52,278 nucleotides of DNA, taken from an uncultured bacterium. Lineage in GTDB: Bacteria; Gemmatimonadota; Gemmatimonadetes; Gemmatimonadales; Gemmatimonadaceae. Below the pieces are notes generated by a model. That model did not search any database. It had not been told where the DNA came from and saw only the letters and a program-made list of their open reading frames with translations. The DNA is taken from NCBI GenBank assembly GCA_963978095.1, contig CAXBQP010000016.1, forward strand, positions 1 to 52,278, given 5' to 3'. The translations under genes were made by a program, and so were the position numbers. Shown here in pieces: positions 9,609-19,900 of the stretch (its first letter is position 1; each line of letters starts with the position of its first letter).

Positions 9609-10214
9609 ATGCACATCACCCGCTTGTCCGCCCTGCTGCTGCTTCCCGCGCTCGCAGCCTTCACCAGTGCCGTCGAAACCAAGCCGTACGTCCGCGACGA
9701 AGCGCACAGCCAAATCAACTTCTCGGCCAGCTCGCGCTTGATCGACGCGCAGGGGTTCTGGGGGAAGTGGGATGCCGCCATCGCCTTCGATCCGGCGGCC
9801 ATCGACAAGACCACGCTCAACATCACGATCGATGCCAAGAGCGTGAACACGCGCGTCGAAATGCGCGACAATCACTTGAAGTCCAAGGATTTCTTCCACG
9901 CGGACAGCTTCCCGACCATCACCTTCGTTTCGAAGTCGGTGCGCGCGACCGCCGGCCAGCCGACGGGCGATTTGAACAATGTGAAGCTGATCATCACCGG
10001 CGACCTCACGATCCGCGGCGTGACCAAGACGATCCCGGTGCCGGCGACCCTCGTCTTCTTCGATGCCAAGAGCGGCATGGGACGCGTGAAGGGGAACTTC
10101 ACGATCCTCCGCAAGGAGTACGGCGTGAGCTACGACGCCGCCATGAACCCGATCGAGAACGAGGTGCCGGTGCAGTTCGACATCACCTTCAAGAGTGCGG
10201 CGCCGGCCAAGTAG
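9609..10214 (+). CDS. YceI-family polyisoprenoid-binding periplasmic protein
   Basis: Signal peptide; DEAHSQINF, IDAKSVNT, RDNHLKSKDFF, FPTITF, GDLTIRGVTK. Confidence 0.92.
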   Translation: MHITRLSALLLLPALAAFTSAVETKPYVRDEAHSQINFSASSRLIDAQGFWGKWDAAIAFDPAAIDKTTLNITIDAKSVNTRVEMRDNHLKSKDFFHADSFPTITFVSKSVRATAGQPTGDLNNVKLIITGDLTIRGVTKTIPVPATLVFFDAKSGMGRVKGNFTILRKEYGVSYDAAMNPIENEVPVQFDITFKSAAPAK

Positions 10215-10232
10215 GCCGGCCACGCAACCGGG

Positions 10233-11867
10233 CTACTTCGCCGCCAGCTTCGCCACCACCCACTCCGCCAACGCCCCCATCACCTCCGCATCGATCTTCC
10301 CGTTTTTCAACTTCACATAATCACTCGGGAACCCGATCGGATCCTTCAGGAACAGATGGTTCCGTTCCGGAAAGAGCTTCAGCGTCACGTCATTGTTTCC
10401 CGCACCCTTCAGCGTGCGCTCGATGATCGGCGCCTGCTCCGGTGTGATCTGCTGGTCCGTCCCCCCCTGCATGATCAGCACTGGCTGCTTCACCTTCTTG
10501 AGCGTCGCGATCGGGTCGTAGGTCAGAAAGTATTTCGTCCAGGCGTTCGCCTCCTTCCCGAACGGCACCTTCGCCGCCGCGAGGATCGAGTCCTTCTTGT
10601 CGGCCGGGATCTCCGTGTTGTTCTCGACGAGATTCCTGAGCTGGAAATCGATGATCTTCTGCCCCGTGTACGCCGGACCGGCCATCAGCACCACGGCCTT
10701 CACCTTGGGATCGCTCGCCGCGACCATCGGGCCAATCATTCCCCCCTCACTGTGGCCGATCAGTCCGATCCGGCCACCATCGATCTCCGGACGTGTGCGC
10801 AGATAGGCGATCCCGGCACGAATGTCATCCGCAAAGTCCGCACTGGTCGCCTTCACCAGGTCGCCCCCGCTGCCGTTGATCCCGCGGTCATCCATCCGCA
10901 GCACCGCGACCCCACGACGGCCGAGCGTGTCGGCGACCTGACGGAAGATCCGATAGTTCGGCACGAGCGAGATGTTCTCGTCACGATCCTCCTGCCCGCT
11001 CCCCGTGATCGTGACCACGGCACCGACCTTCCCCGTCGCCCCCTTGGGCATCGTCAGCGTGCCGCTCAGCACATGCCCCATCGGCGTCTTGACCGTCACC
11101 TCCTCGGCGGTGTACGGCGCGTCGGCCGGTGCGCCGTAATCCGTCTTGCCCAGCGAGATCCGGGCCGCGGCCGCCCCATCCACGCGCGTCATGATGACCC
11201 CTGCGCCCGGAATCACCGCACCACGGATGTGTCCCTCGGCATCCAACGCCAGCCGGTTCATCTGCCCCGACACCACGAAGGCCGCGCTGTCGGTTCCGAT
11301 GAACTCGATGGTCGCATCGAGCGAGACCGCTCCGGTCATCGCGAACATGGACCCCGTGAACTTCGGCTGCCGCGAGGCGCGGGCACGCTGCACGAACGCG
11401 TCGATCAGGACGAAATCGTTGTTCAGGATCGGCAACGGATCCCCGGACGTGGGACGCACCACATGTTGATCGCGCCCGCCGGCGCTCACGTCGAGGAAGA
11501 CGGAGTCGGTCGTGAACCGCATCGTCCCCTTTTGCAGCGGCGCGGCATCCGTGGCCGCTCCGGGGCCGTGCACGGAGAACGTCATGGAGCTCACCCGCGT
11601 GGGCGACGGCGTCTCGGCGACGAAGGCAATCGTTCCCGCTCCGCGCATCGCGAGGTCGACGCTCACGCTCGAGCGACCGCGCGTGATCCGTTCGACGATC
11701 AAGGTGTCCGTGCCCTTGGTCATCACATAGGCACGCTGCAGCGCGACCTCCGTGGTCGTCGACTGCGCGCCGGCCGGCAGTGCGGCCATGCCGAACAGGG
11801 CGGCCGCGAGCGAGAGACGCCGGCCGCCGACGGCGCAGGTGAACACCGAGATGCATCGCATCATCAC
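10233..11867 (-). CDS. Secreted alpha/beta-fold hydrolase (esterase/peptidase-like)
   Basis: Signal peptide ending AGA-Q; ITGSGQEDRD, LRMDDRG, nucleophile GHSEG, QGGTDQQI, NHLF. Confidence 0.88.
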   Translation of the reverse strand: MMMRCISVFTCAVGGRRLSLAAALFGMAALPAGAQSTTTEVALQRAYVMTKGTDTLIVERITRGRSSVSVDLAMRGAGTIAFVAETPSPTRVSSMTFSVHGPGAATDAAPLQKGTMRFTTDSVFLDVSAGGRDQHVVRPTSGDPLPILNNDFVLIDAFVQRARASRQPKFTGSMFAMTGAVSLDATIEFIGTDSAAFVVSGQMNRLALDAEGHIRGAVIPGAGVIMTRVDGAAAARISLGKTDYGAPADAPYTAEEVTVKTPMGHVLSGTLTMPKGATGKVGAVVTITGSGQEDRDENISLVPNYRIFRQVADTLGRRGVAVLRMDDRGINGSGGDLVKATSADFADDIRAGIAYLRTRPEIDGGRIGLIGHSEGGMIGPMVAASDPKVKAVVLMAGPAYTGQKIIDFQLRNLVENNTEIPADKKDSILAAAKVPFGKEANAWTKYFLTYDPIATLKKVKQPVLIMQGGTDQQITPEQAPIIERTLKGAGNNDVTLKLFPERNHLFLKDPIGFPSDYVKLKNGKIDAEVMGALAEWVVAKLAAK

Positions 11868-12076
11868 AACTCCTCAGCGCCCTCGGGCGCATCGTGAATG
11901 ACTCCCTCCGGTTCGGCCACGGTGGGACGGACCGGGCGGCCACTCCGCTTGAGCGCCGCACGCAGGAGGTACTCGACCTGACCGTTGAGCGAGCGCAAGT
12001 CGTCGTTCGCCCAGCGCTGGACCGCCTCCAGCACGTCGCGATCCACGCGCAACAAGAACGACTTGCGTTCGGCCAC
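11864..12076 (-). CDS. Arc-like ribbon-helix-helix DNA-binding protein
   Basis: 70 aa; beta-strand KSFLLRV then helices ...WANDDLRSLNGQVEYLLRAAL; lies directly downstream of an SPFH gene. Confidence 0.85.
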   Translation of the reverse strand: MAERKSFLLRVDRDVLEAVQRWANDDLRSLNGQVEYLLRAALKRSGRPVRPTVAEPEGVIHDAPEGAEEL

Positions 12077-12092
12077 GGTCCGGAAAACCGCC

Positions 12093-12962
12093 TTACTGGT
12101 AGATCGTGCCCGCGTTCACGATCGGCTGCGCCGAACGTTCGCTGCAGAGCACGACCAGCAGATTGCTCACCATCTGCGCCTTGCGCTCCTCATCGAGCGT
12201 CACGATCCCCTTGCTCGAGAGCATCTCCAGCGCGTTCTCCACCATCCCGACGGCGCCCTCGACGATCTTCGACCGTGCCGCGATGATCGCGCTCGCCTGC
12301 TGACGCTGCAACATGGCCTGTGCGATCTCCGGCGAATAGGCGAGATGCGAGATCCGCGCCTCGATCACCTCGACTCCGGCCTTGGCCAGCCGCTCGTGGA
12401 TCGCCTGCTGCAGCGAGTGGCTCACCTCGGCGGTATGCGTCGACAGCGCTTCTTCGTTGTCGGCATGCGAGTCGTAGGGATAGCTCTGCGCCACGGCGCG
12501 CACCGCCGACTCGGACTGCACGGCGACGTACGTCTGATAGTCATCGACTTCGAAGAGTGCTTCAGCCGTCTCGACGACTTTCCACACCACGATCGCGGCG
12601 ATCTCGATCGGGTTGGCGCGGTTGTCATTCACCTTGAGCTTCGTGGTCTCAAAGTTGCGGATGCGGAGCGAGATCCGGCGCTTGGTGAGGAACGGGTTGG
12701 CCCAGTAAAAGCCCCCGCTCTTGATCGTTCCCTTGTACGCCCCAAAGAGCACGAGCACCTTGGCGTCGCCGGGATCGACCACGAAGAGGCCGCCCATCGC
12801 GACCGCCGCGACGGCAATGACGAGCATTCCGCCCACCGAAAAGTACTGGTCTCCGGTCTTGGCACCGTTCATCACCATCGCGAGACCGCCAAGACCGGCG
12901 ACGATCTGGATGAGGACCGCGGGGAGACCTGGAACCGCCTTCAACTCAGCTTCGCGAAACAT
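12093..12962 (-). CDS. SPFH/band-7 domain membrane protein
   Basis: Two N-terminal TM helices, [64 protein letters not shown] 12962. Confidence 0.93.
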   Translation of the reverse strand: MFREAELKAVPGLPAVLIQIVAGLGGLAMVMNGAKTGDQYFSVGGMLVIAVAAVAMGGLFVVDPGDAKVLVLFGAYKGTIKSGGFYWANPFLTKRRISLRIRNFETTKLKVNDNRANPIEIAAIVVWKVVETAEALFEVDDYQTYVAVQSESAVRAVAQSYPYDSHADNEEALSTHTAEVSHSLQQAIHERLAKAGVEVIEARISHLAYSPEIAQAMLQRQQASAIIAARSKIVEGAVGMVENALEMLSSKGIVTLDEERKAQMVSNLLVVLCSERSAQPIVNAGTIYQ

Positions 12963-12984
12963 CGACGGAGGAACTCCATTGAGG

Positions 12985-13023
12985 TAGTATCTGAATGATA
13001 TCATATTGGAATCGCTTCGTCAA
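12985..13023 (-). promoter_or_regulatory. Extended -10 sigma70 promoter of the SPFH-RHH-hydrolase operon overlapped by a tandem operator
   Basis: Minus strand TTGACG (13023-13018)-N17-TATCAT (13000-12995) with TGn; 8-mers TAGTATCT, TGATATCA and TGGAATCG at an 11-bp period (12985, 12996, 13007). Confidence 0.7.
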
Positions 13024-13119
13024 GCACTTCCAACCTGTTGCCCGGCAACACGTTGCCGGACTCACTCCTCGCCGACCCCGCCCTCGCACTCCTGTGAGCA
13101 CCGCGCTACCATCCCACGC

Positions 13120-13923
13120 ATGCCCATTCGACTTGGCACCCAGGGCTGGAACTATTCCGCGTGGACGGGGCCCTTCTATCCGGACGGCACACGCCCCGCG
13201 GACTTTCTCAGCACCTACAGCCGCGCCTTCACCACGGTGGAGGTGGACTCCACCTTCTACGCGATTCCTGCAGCCAAGACCGTCCGGGGGTGGGCCGCCC
13301 GCGTGGGCGACGACTTCATCTTTTCCCTGAAGTTGCCCCAAGAGATCACGCACGGGCAGCGATTGCGCGACGCGGGCGAGACGAGTGCGCGCTTCTTTGA
13401 CGTCGCCCGGGAGCTCGGCGCGAAACTCGGTCCGGTCCTGATCCAGCTGGGCCCCGACTTCTCACCGGCGGAACTCCCCGCCCTCGAGGCGTATCTGCCG
13501 ACGCTCCCGCACGACATCGATTTCGCCATCGAGTTTCGGCAGGCCGCCTGGATTCGCGAGGATGTGGTGTCGCTGCTGCGCGACCACGAGGTGGCGCTGG
13601 CGCTCGTTGATGCGCGCTGGGTGCCGCGCGCTACGATGCTCGAGCTCGCCGCGAACCCCACCGGGCGGATCGCCTACCTGCGCTGGATGGGGCCGAACCG
13701 CGACATCGTGGATTACTCACGCATCCAGGTGGATCGCACGCCGGAGCTCGAGTCGTGGGCGGCCGTCATGCCGATGATCGCCTCGCGCGTGCGCACGGCG
13801 TACGGCTACGTGAACAATCATTTCGGTGGACACAGTCCCGAACATGTCCGCATGCTGCAGCGCATGCTTGGGCTTCCGACGGTGAGCCCAGGGGCGCTGA
13901 GCGATCAACTCGGATTGTTTTGA
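13120..13923 (+). CDS. DUF72 (YecE-like) protein
   Basis: IRLGTQGWNY, FYPDG, TVEVDSTFY, KLPQEITH, LGPVLIQL, AIEFR, YLRWMG, YVNNHFGGHS. Confidence 0.93.
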   Translation: MPIRLGTQGWNYSAWTGPFYPDGTRPADFLSTYSRAFTTVEVDSTFYAIPAAKTVRGWAARVGDDFIFSLKLPQEITHGQRLRDAGETSARFFDVARELGAKLGPVLIQLGPDFSPAELPALEAYLPTLPHDIDFAIEFRQAAWIREDVVSLLRDHEVALALVDARWVPRATMLELAANPTGRIAYLRWMGPNRDIVDYSRIQVDRTPELESWAAVMPMIASRVRTAYGYVNNHFGGHSPEHVRMLQRMLGLPTVSPGALSDQLGLF

Positions 13924-13931
13924 ACCGCGCG

Positions 13932-16900
13932 TTACGGCACCGTGATCGTTTGCGTCAGGATGGGAATCGAACCGGTCGGGTTTCCCTGCGAATCCGTCCA
14001 CTTGTACGAGAGCGTGTACGTGCCGGTTGGCGTTCCACTGGCGAGGCCGATGCCGGTGAATGAGGCCATCCCCGATGAGACCGCTACTGTTTTCACCGGC
14101 GTGCCATAGAACGATGCGCCGTTGTTGATGCTGATGGTGACATATCCGGTGGCACCGTTCAGGTAGTTGTTCCCAGCGTCTTGGACGTCAATCAACGGTT
14201 GGACGGTGAAATCAGCCCCGAGATTCACGCCGGACGCCTGCTGCGAGAAGATGAGCTTCGCCGCTGGCCCAGTCGCTGCAGTGATGCTCTGCGTGACGGT
14301 GTATGAGCCCGACGTGAAGGTGAGGGTGTAGCTCGTTCCCGCGGTTCCGGTGATTCCGACATTGGTGAAGTTCGCGTAACCGTTGGACGCGGCGAGCGTC
14401 GAGGTACCGACGACCGTGGCCTGGCCGTCACCCCCACTGACCGTCATCGTGACGGTCCCCTGCGACGTCAGGTTGCCATAGGTGTCCTTGACCTGAATGC
14501 TCGGCTGCGTGGTGAACGGCGAGCCGGCGGGAGCGCCACTCGCGGCGATGGAACTGGCGATCTGTGTGGTTGCGCCGGCCTTCGCCGTGTCACTGAAGGT
14601 CAGCGGGCTTCCGGTCAATCCCGTTGCCGTCGCCGTCATGGTGTTGACGCCGGCGGTCGTGCCCAGCGTCCAGGAACCGGGCGATGCGAGGCCGTTCGAG
14701 TTCGTGGTAGTGGTCAGCGTCGTGCCGGAACCGCCCCCGGAGGCGACCGCGAAGGTCACCGAGACGCCGGGGACTTTGTTGCTGTTGGCGTCGACGACCA
14801 ATACAGTGGGCACGGTGCCGACCGCGGTGCCAACCGTCGACGATTGGTTGTTCCCGGCGTAAATGCTGATTTGCGTCGCGGCGCCCGGCGTCAGCGTCAC
14901 GGTGACGGGGTTGCTGCTGTGCGTCAGAGTTGTCCCGCCGAGTTGTGCGCTGAAGGTCGCCGTGCCAGCGACCGATCCCTTGACCGTGGCGGTGTAGCTG
15001 CCATTGTTGTTGTCGGTCACCGCGCTGAGCGTCAGGCTCGGCCCGTTGGTCTGCACGATCGTCACCGTACCGCCGCTCGCCGTCAGGGCGTTGCCACTGA
15101 CGTCCTTCAACTGGACGGTCAATGTGCTGGTGGCGGTATTGTTGGCCGTGATACTGGACTGACTCGCCGTGAGCGTCGAGGTCGACACCGACGCCGTCCC
15201 CGGCGTGATGCTGAAGCTGGTACTCTGGCCAGTCGCCAAGCTCCCGCTCCGTGCAGTCAGCGTGTACGTCCCGGCCTTGTCGACATGGCACCCGCTGAAT
15301 GTCGCGACGCCGTTCACGGCCGGGATCTTGCTGGCGGCACAATACAGGGTGGCCCCACCCGGCGAGGTGAGTTCGACCGAGACGCTGTCGGTGGACGACG
15401 TGATGTTCGAGGCGGCGTCCTGGATCATGACCGCGGGCTGCCCCGACCAGTACGCCAGCGACTGCGCTGACGTGGGCTGGACGCTGAAGGCCAGCTTGTT
15501 CGGCGCACCCGCCACCACGCTGACGCTGTTGCTCGTGGCCGAACCGAGTCCGGTGCTGGTGGCGCTGAGCGTGTAGGTGCCGGCCTTGTCCACGGCGCAG
15601 CCGCTGAAGGTCGCCACGCCGTTGACGGCGACCACCGGATTCGACGTGCACGTCAGCACGGCGCCGGTTCCACCGACGAGCGCCAAGGACACGGCGTTCG
15701 TCGCGCCCGTCATGGTCGTCCCCACGCCATCCTTGACCGCGACCACGATCTGCGTCCCCCATGCGTTCAGCGACACCCCGCCGCTGGGCTGCGTCGTGAC
15801 GGCCAGGGCCCGGGCGGTGCCCTCCACCCAGTTGACCGCGGTCGGCGTCCCGCGCGGCGACGTCGTGCTGTCGCCATTCTGGCCGAGCCCGCCAGCGCCC
15901 CAGCAGTACAACGCACCGGCCGATGTCCGGGCACACGTTCCGGAACCCAGCGCGGCGATGCGCGAGAAGGTGAGGCCGCCGAGCGTCGCGGTCGGCACGC
16001 TGCGGTTCGCGGTCGTGCCGTCGCCGGCGCTCTGGTCGCCGTTATACCCCCAGCACCAGGAGCTGCCGGCCACGGTCAGGGCGCAGGCATGCGTGAGTCC
16101 CACCGACACACTCGCGAACGCTTGCGATGATGCCACGCGCGTGGGCGAGGTACGCTGCACCGTGGTGCTGCCATCGCCCAGCTGTCCCGACCCTTGCCGT
16201 CCCCAGCAATACACCTCGTTCGTGTTCGTGACGGCGCACGCATATTGCGCTCCCACGCTCACGTTCGTGTAGGTGCGACCATCGTTGATGGCGGCGGGGA
16301 AGGGACGTGTGCTGAACGGACTCGCGGGGAACGAGCCACCGGTGGTGCCGTCGCCGGTGAAGCTTCCCCAGCAATAGATGGTTCCGCTGGTCGTGATGCC
16401 GCAGGTGACATTCGTCCCCATGCTGACCGACGCGAAGGCGACACCCCCGGTATTCACGGCAGCGGGCGCCTTCTTGATCGTACCGTAGGAACCATCGCCC
16501 AACACGGACTGATCCATCGAGCCCCAGCAGAACACGCCGCCGGCGGCGGTCACGCCGCATGTGGACCGCAGCGACACCGCCAACGAGGTGAAGCTGTTGC
16601 CCCCCGCAACGGCAACGGGATTGCTCCGATCCGTGGTGCTGCCGTCACCCAACTCCCCGAAGCTGTTGGAGCCCCAGCAGTACGCAGCGCCGGCGGCGGT
16701 CAGCCCGCACATGTGGTCGGCGGATCCGCGCGCGAGCGAGGTGAAGGTGATCCCGCCGACGACGGCCGTTGGCATCGTCCGGTTCACGAGGCTGCCGTCG
16801 CCCACTTGCCCGCGCCGGTTGTCGCCCCAGCAATACGCAGCGCCGCTGGTGGTCAGCTGGCAGCGCGCGTCGCCCTGATTGCTCTGCGTCGCCACGCTGA

Positions 16901-19900
16901 GGACCGAGAAGGTGATGGGCGCGATGCTGGTGCCGACGACGGTCGCGACGATGCCCTGGGTCCCGACGCTGCCGGACGCAGGGGTGAACACCACACGCGC
17001 GATTCCGCCAGCATCGGTCGTGGCCGACACCGCAGTGATCGGTGTCCCGGACGGGCTCAACGCCACGCCGCCGCTCGACCCTGACGCCACGCTGAACTGA
17101 ACCGTCGCATTGCTTACGGGATTCCCACTCCCGTCTTTCACGATGACGCCGAGGTACCCCTGCGTCACGCTGCCCGCGACCTGCGCTTGCTGGTCGCCGA
17201 AGCTGATGGCAGAGCTCGCCGGAACCGACGCGGCGGTCGTAACCACGAGCACGGTCGGCGGCAATCCGTCCGTTTTGGCGGAGATCGCCGCGAATCCGGA
17301 GCTCCCGAGCACGAAACTCTGCGCGGTGGCGGTACCGGTACTGTCGGTCGTCGCCACGGCTCCAGTCAGCGTTCCCGTCCCCCCGGCGAGCGCGAAGGTG
17401 ACGGTCACGCCGACCACCGCCTTGCCACTCTTGTCCTTCACCACGACCTGTGGTGGCACAGTGGTGGCGGCTCCGCTCGCGGCGGTGCGTCCCGACACCC
17501 AGGCGCTCGTCGGCGTGATGGTGGTCGGCGTTCCGGTGGCGGGACCCGCTGGCCATCCGATGACCGCGACCGGCGTGCCGCGCAGGGAGACGGCGCTGCT
17601 GTCCCCCACTTGGCCGTTGGCGTTCGCGCCCCAGCAATACATGGAGCCGCTCACCACTCGCGCGCACTTGCCGCGGAAACTGGTAGCCGTCAGCTCCGTG
17701 AACACGGCACCGGTGATCTCCTGGGGCACCAACAGATTCGCGCCACTGATGTCGCCAGTACCCGCCGCACCCAGGATGTTTCCGCCCCAACAGAACACGC
17801 GCCCGTCAATCCGAAGTCCGCACGGGCTGAGATTGCCGATGATCACGTCGCGAAAGCGATCCTCGGCGAGTGCGATCGGCGTGGGGACGTTGCGCGGTTG
17901 GGTCGTGCCGTCGCCGTTGTTCCCCACCTGTCCGGAGCCCCAGCACAACAGCGCGCCGGTCGACGCGACGCCGCAGATGTTCGCGGTTCCGCCCGCGATA
18001 TGCGTGAAGGAGATTCCACCGGTGACGGCGGTGAACGTCGTGCGATCCGTGAAGGTGCCATCCCCGACGGCGCCGGCCCCGTTGTCCCCGAGGCAATACA
18101 CCGATCCCGCGGCGGTGCGGCCACAGAGGCCGGTGTCCCACAGCGCAATCTCGGCGAAGCTGAGGCCGTTGCTGTTCAGCGGCACCGGGGTGAGCTGACT
18201 CCGTTCGGCGAGCGCGGGGTATGTCAGACCGTACGGTTGCATCCATCCCCAGCAGTAGATGCTGCCCGCGGTGGTGAGGCCACAGGTGGTCAGGTTCTCC
18301 GTGACGATCTGCTTGAATGCCAGTCCCCCGAGGACCGCGGTCGGAACCGACCGTTGCGTCGTCGTACCGTCACCGAGCTGCCCCACGCGATTGTCGCCCC
18401 AACACCACGCGGCCCCCGCGGCGGTCAATGCGCAATGATGCGTGGCCTGCTGATCGGAGAGGCGCTTGAACGTGAGTCCACCGCTCACCGGAGCGGCGTA
18501 GTTGCGTTGCTGCGAGGCGGCACCGTCGCCGAGCGCGCCGAAGCTGTTCAGCCCCCAGCAGTATGCGGTGCCGTCCGTGGTGAGCGCGCACGGGGAGTTG
18601 CGCGACTGCACGGGGTTCTGCAACCCGAGGAAGGTGAATGTCGCGGCGGTCGCGCTGGTCGCGCCGGAGACACTCGCGGTGATCGTCGTCGTGGTGGTCA
18701 CACCGATGAGTGCACTGCGGTCGATCTGCGCGATGCCGGCGCTGTCCGACTTCGCGGTCACCGTCGTCGGCAAGCCGGAGAAGGTGACCGTGACCCCTGC
18801 CAGCGGTTGACCGGTTGCATTCGCGACGCGAACCGTCGGGGCGTTATAGGGGGGCCAGCCGGTCTGATTCGCAAACACCACGCTGTCGCCGCCCACCTTC
18901 GTGAGACTGGCGACCGCGGCGGTCCCGAAAGAATAGAAGAAGGTGTTGGACGTCGCGCCGCCTGCAAGCGTGATTGTGGCTCGTACGACATTCATCCCGG
19001 ACGCCGCGCCGAGCGTCCATTGCCCAGCCGTCGCTTGTCCCGCAGCGTTGGTCGTTGCAGTGGTCGTAGTGAGCGACCCGCCGCCGGAGACGACGGCGAA
19101 AGTGACGGTGACCCCGGACACGCCGCCGCCGCGTCCGTCACGGACGACGACGGAGGGCGAGAATGTCGGCGCGAGCGTCGCGCCTGCCGATCCCGTGCTG
19201 GTGAACGAGATGGGCGTTGGCACCATCGACGCCGCGCTCCCCGCGGTAGCCGTGGGGAGAACCACGCTCACCGGCGTGGTGGCGAAGGTCGCCGTGCCAT
19301 CGCCGAGCTGACCCGAGCTGTTGCGCCCCCAACAGAAGACGGCCGCGCCGCCCACGGCGAGCGCACAGGTGTGATCACCGTTGGTGTTGCCCGCCCCGCC
19401 GGCCATCAAGCGGGTCGCGGCCATCGGAATGGGGACCGGGGTGGCACGAACCTCCACGACTGCGCCATCGCCGAGTTGGCCGACGGAGTCGTAGCCCCAG
19501 CACCACACGGAGCCATCGGCTTTGAGGGCACAGGTCTTGTCGTCACCCGCCACGATCTCCGTGAACACATGTCCGCCGCTCACCGCCACCGGCGTCATGC
19601 TGCTGGTCGACGAGGTGCCGTTGCCCAACGTGCCGGCATAGCCCAGGCAGTAGGCCGAACCGGCGGCGGTCAATGCACACGCCTGCAACGTACCGACCGA
19701 GACGCGGACCACGCCGCTGGCGCCCGCGACCTTGGTGGGAATGCGCTGGATGCCGGTCACGCTCGAAAACACGGAGCCGCCGCTCGCGCCCCAGCAATAC
19801 ACGTCGCCGGTGGAAGCCGCAGCGCACGTGGTGTTCGCCCCGGCACCGATGTCGACGAAGGTGACGCCGGTCGGCATCCGCACGGCGACAGGCGTCGCGT

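Noticed and set aside
11864..12076. RHH protein as the antitoxin of a toxin-antitoxin pair
   Set aside because: Neighbours are an SPFH protein and a secreted hydrolase; no toxin-like ORF is adjacent
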